Positions 59,961 through 64,000 of a DNA stretch of 64,000 nt are shown here, piece after piece; within the stretch, counting starts at the first letter, position 1; every line of letters starts with the position of its first letter. Origin of the DNA: Candidatus Latescibacterota bacterium (GTDB taxonomy: Bacteria; Latescibacterota; UBA2968; UBA8231); assembly GCA_963422735.1 (NCBI GenBank), contig OY730476.1, positions 2,560,001-2,624,000 on the forward strand. The letters run 5' to 3'. The notes under the pieces are model-generated. The model saw only the letters and a list, made by a program, of their open reading frames with translations, was not told the origin of the DNA and made no database searches. Both the position numbers and the translations under genes were made by a program.

Positions 59961-60638
59961 TCAGACGATTTGGATGCCCCATTCATCACATCGCGCTTTC
60001 ACGGTATCGGCAGGTTCCAAGCTGATGAGGGCCCCCTCGACCGCTTTGTCGGGATGCTGCCGCCGCATCAACTCCACCTTGTCGGCAAACCGATCCACCT
60101 CTTCGACCTTACAGGCGGCCGACTTGACCTCAAAGACCAACAGCGAGCTGTCGTCGATCAGAATATCGACTTCGTAGGTTCGTCCCGCCGGGCCCACTAC
60201 TCCCTCCACATCCGCTAGCTTCTGTCGCAGCCGCACGTTGTCTGCGGACACATCTTGCCGCTTCAGGCCAAAGCGCAACACCTCGGCGACCATGTTTTCG
60301 AGCTTCCTTCCCGCCCGCCGCTGGAACCCCCCGACAGTCAAATCGACCTTAGCGTCTGTATAGGCTATCTGCTGGCTTATCTGTTCAAAGCGCTCGTCAA
60401 TTTTTTCAAAGCGCTCGTCAATTTTTTCAAAGCGCTCGTTGACCTCCGAGCGGAACTGACCAAACTCGCCGCGGAAGGCATGCAACTCAGCGAGCACTGC
60501 GGCCACTTCCTTTTTGGTGGCAAACGCTTCGATGAACGCCGTATAGGCGCGCTGCTCCAGCTCTGGGTGGCGCTTGAGCAGTGCCGGCAACTGCCTTTCG
60601 AGCGTCTCCAATAATTCTTCGTCGGTTAAAAGGGCCAT
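59961..60638 (-). CDS. Coiled-coil plus PD-(D/E)XK nuclease-like protein (DUF3782-like)
   Basis: ERFEKID heptads; YEVDILI..FEVKS. Confidence 0.65.
   Translation of the reverse strand: MALLTDEELLETLERQLPALLKRHPELEQRAYTAFIEAFATKKEVAAVLAELHAFRGEFGQFRSEVNERFEKIDERFEKIDERFEQISQQIAYTDAKVDLTVGGFQRRAGRKLENMVAEVLRFGLKRQDVSADNVRLRQKLADVEGVVGPAGRTYEVDILIDDSSLLVFEVKSAACKVEEVDRFADKVELMRRQHPDKAVEGALISLEPADTVKARCDEWGIQIV
60384..60439. repeat. 21-bp in-frame tandem repeat (2.7 copies)
   Basis: TTCAAAGCGCTCGTCAATTTT units at 60384, 60405 and 60426 (partial). Confidence 0.9.
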
Positions 60639-60784
60639 ATTGCGTTCTCCTCAATACAGGATTTATGACTAGAACATAACCTGCGCAAGAGTCCGCCGCA
60701 CATCACGCACCCCGTGATTGACGCATCCCGACGATAGTTTCTATATCATATCCTTGGATAAACCCAACTCAAAGGAGGCTCGAC

Positions 60785-61873
60785 ATGAGCGACAAGATGT
60801 ACCGAGCAGCGGCCATAGGCCGGACCGGGTGGGGCAATTGGGGACATGGGCTGCACTTGGGCTTGAAGAACCACCCGCGCATCGAGGTGGTAGCCGTCGC
60901 CGATGAGGACGCGCAAGAGAAGCAGGCCAAGCAGGAGGAATTGGCCGCCCCCCGCGCCTACGTCGACTGGCGCGAGATGCTAGAGACCGAGCAGCCAGAG
61001 GTGGTGACGGTTGGGCCGCGCTGGACCGATTGCCACTTGGAGATGGTGCAGGCCTGTTTGGAGGTGGGGGCGCACGTGTACTGCGAAAAGCCCATGACTT
61101 GGAACTTGGCTGAAGGTGACCAGATTGTGGCTAAGGCCGAGGCAACCGGTCGAAAGGTAGCCGTGGCGCATCAGGGGGCGTACCTGCCGCGAATACGGCA
61201 CGTAGAGGAGGTGTTGGCGCAGGGGCGGATCGGCGAGGTGCAGGCCATTCGCGCCCACGGCAAACAGGACCGGCGCGGCGGCGGCGAGGACATGATTGTG
61301 CTGGGAACGCACTTGTTCAATATAATGCGCCTGTTTGTCGGCGATGTGGCGTGGATGACAGCGCACATCACGCACCAAGGCCGCGCGCTAAAAGTCGAAG
61401 ATGTGCGCGAGGCGACCGAGCCGGTGGGACCCGTCGCTGGCGATTGCATCAACAGCTATTTCGCCTTCAAAAGCGGGGTGGCGGGCTTTTTTGATTCGCG
61501 GAAATACGCCGAGGGCGGGGGCCAGCGGATGGGCATGGAGATCGAGGGCAGCGAAGGGGTGATCGCGTTGCGCGGCGGCGGCAGTGGCCCGGCCATGCTC
61601 TATCCGCATCCGGTATTTGATCCCGCCGATGCGAGCCAGCAGTGGATCCCCTTAGACGAGGTGGCGGACGAATCCCTGAGCACGGGCAACGACTTGGCGG
61701 TCGCCGATTTGATCGACGCGGCCGAAGCCGACCGCGAGCCGCTGTCGAGCGCACGCGACGCAGTGGCGGCTTTGGAGATGATCTTGGGAGCCTACGAGTC
61801 GGAGATTACCGGGGAACGGGTGGAATTCCCGATGGAGCGGCGAGAGCACCCGTTGGTTGCTTGGAGGGCTTAG
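60785..61873 (+). CDS. Gfo/Idh/MocA oxidoreductase
   Basis: HVYCEKP, GGGEDMIVLGTH; AGGAGG RBS. Confidence 0.9.
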   Translation: MSDKMYRAAAIGRTGWGNWGHGLHLGLKNHPRIEVVAVADEDAQEKQAKQEELAAPRAYVDWREMLETEQPEVVTVGPRWTDCHLEMVQACLEVGAHVYCEKPMTWNLAEGDQIVAKAEATGRKVAVAHQGAYLPRIRHVEEVLAQGRIGEVQAIRAHGKQDRRGGGEDMIVLGTHLFNIMRLFVGDVAWMTAHITHQGRALKVEDVREATEPVGPVAGDCINSYFAFKSGVAGFFDSRKYAEGGGQRMGMEIEGSEGVIALRGGGSGPAMLYPHPVFDPADASQQWIPLDEVADESLSTGNDLAVADLIDAAEADREPLSSARDAVAALEMILGAYESEITGERVEFPMERREHPLVAWRA

Positions 61874-61922
61874 GTCGTCTTCCTCGTCAAAATGACATGT
61901 CAATCAACATAATGACTATCAA

Positions 61923-62227
61923 CTAGTGCGCTACCTCGCTGATTTCAACGGGCTCCCCCCCTTGTTGTACCATCTTTAATGCGGCTGAAAGGGTCGTTGA
62001 AAGAAGCATTTTCAAGTGTGCATTTGAACTATTGCCGCAGGTAAGCCATATCACTTTTGGAGGCGGACCGAAACAATTGCGTTCGCCTCTCGCGCTCAAT
62101 AAAAAATATTAGGCTCCTTCGCCTTCCCAAGCTCCATATCGCGCAGATGGAGTACCTCAATGCCAAACGTATCTTGAATCCGAGGGGAGAGTTTGGGGGA
62201 GATATGAACGTCCAGCCAAAGTATCAC
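61923..62227 (-). pseudogene. DUF5615 PIN-like toxin pseudogene
   Basis: MILWLDVHISPKL..HLRDMELG..IFY-stop, then GPPPKVIWLTCGNSSNAHL in another frame; GTGA overlap with the DUF433 gene. Confidence 0.75.
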
Positions 62228-62448
62228 GCAGCAAGAACCGGATGGTTGAGCCGTTGACTGGCAAACCGCAGACAGGCGCGAATGTCTTCCAGTTCAAGGT
62301 CGGGATGCTCGTCCAAGATATGTTCGCTACTTGGGCCATGGGCGAGCAAGTCCAGCACATCGGTGACGCGAATTCGCATCCTTCGAATACAGGGCCGTCC
62401 CCCGCACTGGTCGGAATCTATCGTGATGCGATCTTGCAGAATAGTCAT
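62224..62448 (-). CDS. DUF433 antitoxin
   Basis: RITID..CGGRPCIR.MRIRV.DVL..PDLELEDIRACL.FA. Confidence 0.9.
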   Translation of the reverse strand: MTILQDRITIDSDQCGGRPCIRRMRIRVTDVLDLLAHGPSSEHILDEHPDLELEDIRACLRFASQRLNHPVLAA

Positions 62449-62458
62449 AGCGTTAAAT

Positions 62459-62500
62459 AACGCGGGAATGATGTCGAGAACGCGGGAATGATGTCGAGAA
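62459..62500. repeat. 20-bp perfect tandem duplication
   Basis: AACGCGGGAATGATGTCGAG twice. Confidence 0.9.
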
Positions 62501-62636
62501 TTTGCGTTGCGTCAACGATCCTGATAAGAACCTCGACGGTTGGGACGCCCGTGGATCTAGGGTCTAGGGGATGCCGGCCGGACAACCACAGGGGATTGGC
62601 CGACCGGCGCGTCGTCCCTGCCATTCTCCGCTCGGG

Positions 62637-62665
62637 TTGACGCTTCTCCTCCCATTCCTTACAAT
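62637..62665 (+). promoter_or_regulatory. Sigma70-type promoter of the TonB receptor gene
   Basis: TTGACG-17 nt-TACAAT; GGAGG RBS at 62701. Confidence 0.7.
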
Positions 62666-62711
62666 TTTGATTCTTTTCAAGCTATTCCTACTTCATTCAC
62701 GGAGGGCACTC

Positions 62712-64000
62712 ATGCACATTGAGAGGAAGAAGTGGCCGGCGGCACTGGGCGTGGCGTTGTTTTGCACTCTGCTCGCGCTGCCGGCGTTCGCTGGCAACGG
62801 CAAGATTGCCGGCGTGGTACGAGACGATTCCGGGCAGGCATTGCCCGGGGCCAATGTGTTCGCCGAAGTGACCGGCGAGCGAGTCGGCACTACAGCCGAC
62901 GACAAGGGTCGCTACTTTTTACTCAACATCCCGCCCGGCACCTATGCGGTCGAATCGAGTTACGTAGGGCACCAAACGGTGCGCCAGACCCAAATCGAGG
63001 TCCGCTTGGACCTGACGACGACGGTCGATTTCGAGCTGAAGACCGAGGCGATTGAAGGCGAGGCGATAACAGTGGTTGCCGAGGCACCGCTGGTTGAGCG
63101 CTCGCTGACGACCAGCCGGGCGACAATAGGCCGCGCCGAACTGAACAACACCATGCCGGTGGCCGACTTGCAGGACTTGATTAACACGACGCCGAGCGTG
63201 TTCCGCGGCTATATCCGCGGCGGGCGCAAGGCCGAGGCCAAAGTGCTCGTCGATGGGATCGATGTGTCGGATACATATTTCCGCGCCGGCGAAGGCTTAG
63301 TCACTTGGAACCCCTATGTAGACGTCAATCGCACCTCGGATGGCGAGTTCACTGCGGTCGGCGTCAACTCCAGCAACGTGCAGTCGCTGGACATTATCGC
63401 CGGCACCTTCAACGCCGAGTACGACGCGGCTAGCGCCGGCATCATCAACGTCGTCACCCGCGAAGGCAGCGACGAGTTAGAGGGGAGGCTGTTTATCCGT
63501 CGCGGCGTCAGCGGGTACAAAAACGCCGGCCCGGATGTCTATGCGAGTCTGGTCAACCCCAAGCCGGGCGACGACGGTATCGTTGATAAGACGACCTATT
63601 TCAACCGCTATACGAAAGAGCGCGACAAGTTGCTAGCCTCTGAGGACGAGGCCGACAAGGCCAAGGCCGACAATTACTACATTTTCGACCCCGAGCAAGT
63701 TACCTACGGCGACAATCCCTCCGCGGAGATGGAATTTTCGCTGGGGGGCAAGCTGCCGTTGCCGCGCACGAATTTCTACTTGACCACGCGCTATCTCAAC
63801 GACGAGGGGGTATTCCCCAACGCGCTCAACCGCTCGCAGCGCTACTCGCTCAAGCTGACGCATCGGCTCAGCCAGAATATCAAGCTGACCGGCAATGCGA
63901 TGATCGACGACGGTGGCGAGTTGGGAGGTTGGGTCAACCGCAACTTCAGCGGCCGCTACGCCTACTTTCCCGCCGGGGCCTTGGGCAACAAGAAGCTGGG
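62712..64000 (+). CDS. TonB-dependent receptor, runs off the window (absent from the ORF track)
   Basis: MHIERKKW signal peptide, GKIAGVVRD..LPGANV..G.YFLLNIPPGTY, plug IRGGR..VLVDGI, GTFNAEY..SAGIINVVT. Confidence 0.92.
   Translation, partial: MHIERKKWPAALGVALFCTLLALPAFAGNGKIAGVVRDDSGQALPGANVFAEVTGERVGTTADDKGRYFLLNIPPGTYAVESSYVGHQTVRQTQIEVRLDLTTTVDFELKTEAIEGEAITVVAEAPLVERSLTTSRATIGRAELNNTMPVADLQDLINTTPSVFRGYIRGGRKAEAKVLVDGIDVSDTYFRAGEGLVTWNPYVDVNRTSDGEFTAVGVNSSNVQSLDIIAGTFNAEYDAASAGIINVVTREGSDELEGRLFIRRGVSGYKNAGPDVYASLVNPKPGDDGIVDKTTYFNRYTKERDKLLASEDEADKAKADNYYIFDPEQVTYGDNPSAEMEFSLGGKLPLPRTNFYLTTRYLNDEGVFPNALNRSQRYSLKLTHRLSQNIKLTGNAMIDDGGELGGWVNRNFSGRYAYFPAGALGNKKL

Overview
Bacterial genomic window, Gram-negative, with GC-rich flanks and a visibly more AT-rich central block. 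The gene content resembles Latescibacterota/Poribacteria-type genomes (inference). It holds catabolic enzymes, a peptide-type ABC transporter split by a defence insertion, four paralogous DUF6785-like membrane proteins, a ~25 kb cell-surface locus (three FG-GAP/ASPIC proteins, a TPR protein, three FlgD-Ig-tailed proteins, an outer-membrane protein, a parvulin), a PEP mutase/CDP-alcohol transferase pair and the start of a TonB-dependent receptor. Five toxin-antitoxin modules are present, all with a damaged toxin, and many genes are eroded by small deletions. The standout is an Eco57I-like adenine methyltransferase with a (GACAG)27 tract followed by three tandem paralogous ~37-aa putative target-recognition segments, one in each reading frame. 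All three frames are open from the tract, so repeat number mod 3 would select one of three segments rather than ON/OFF. No rRNA, tRNA or CRISPR array was seen. Family names come from motif recognition, not database searches.
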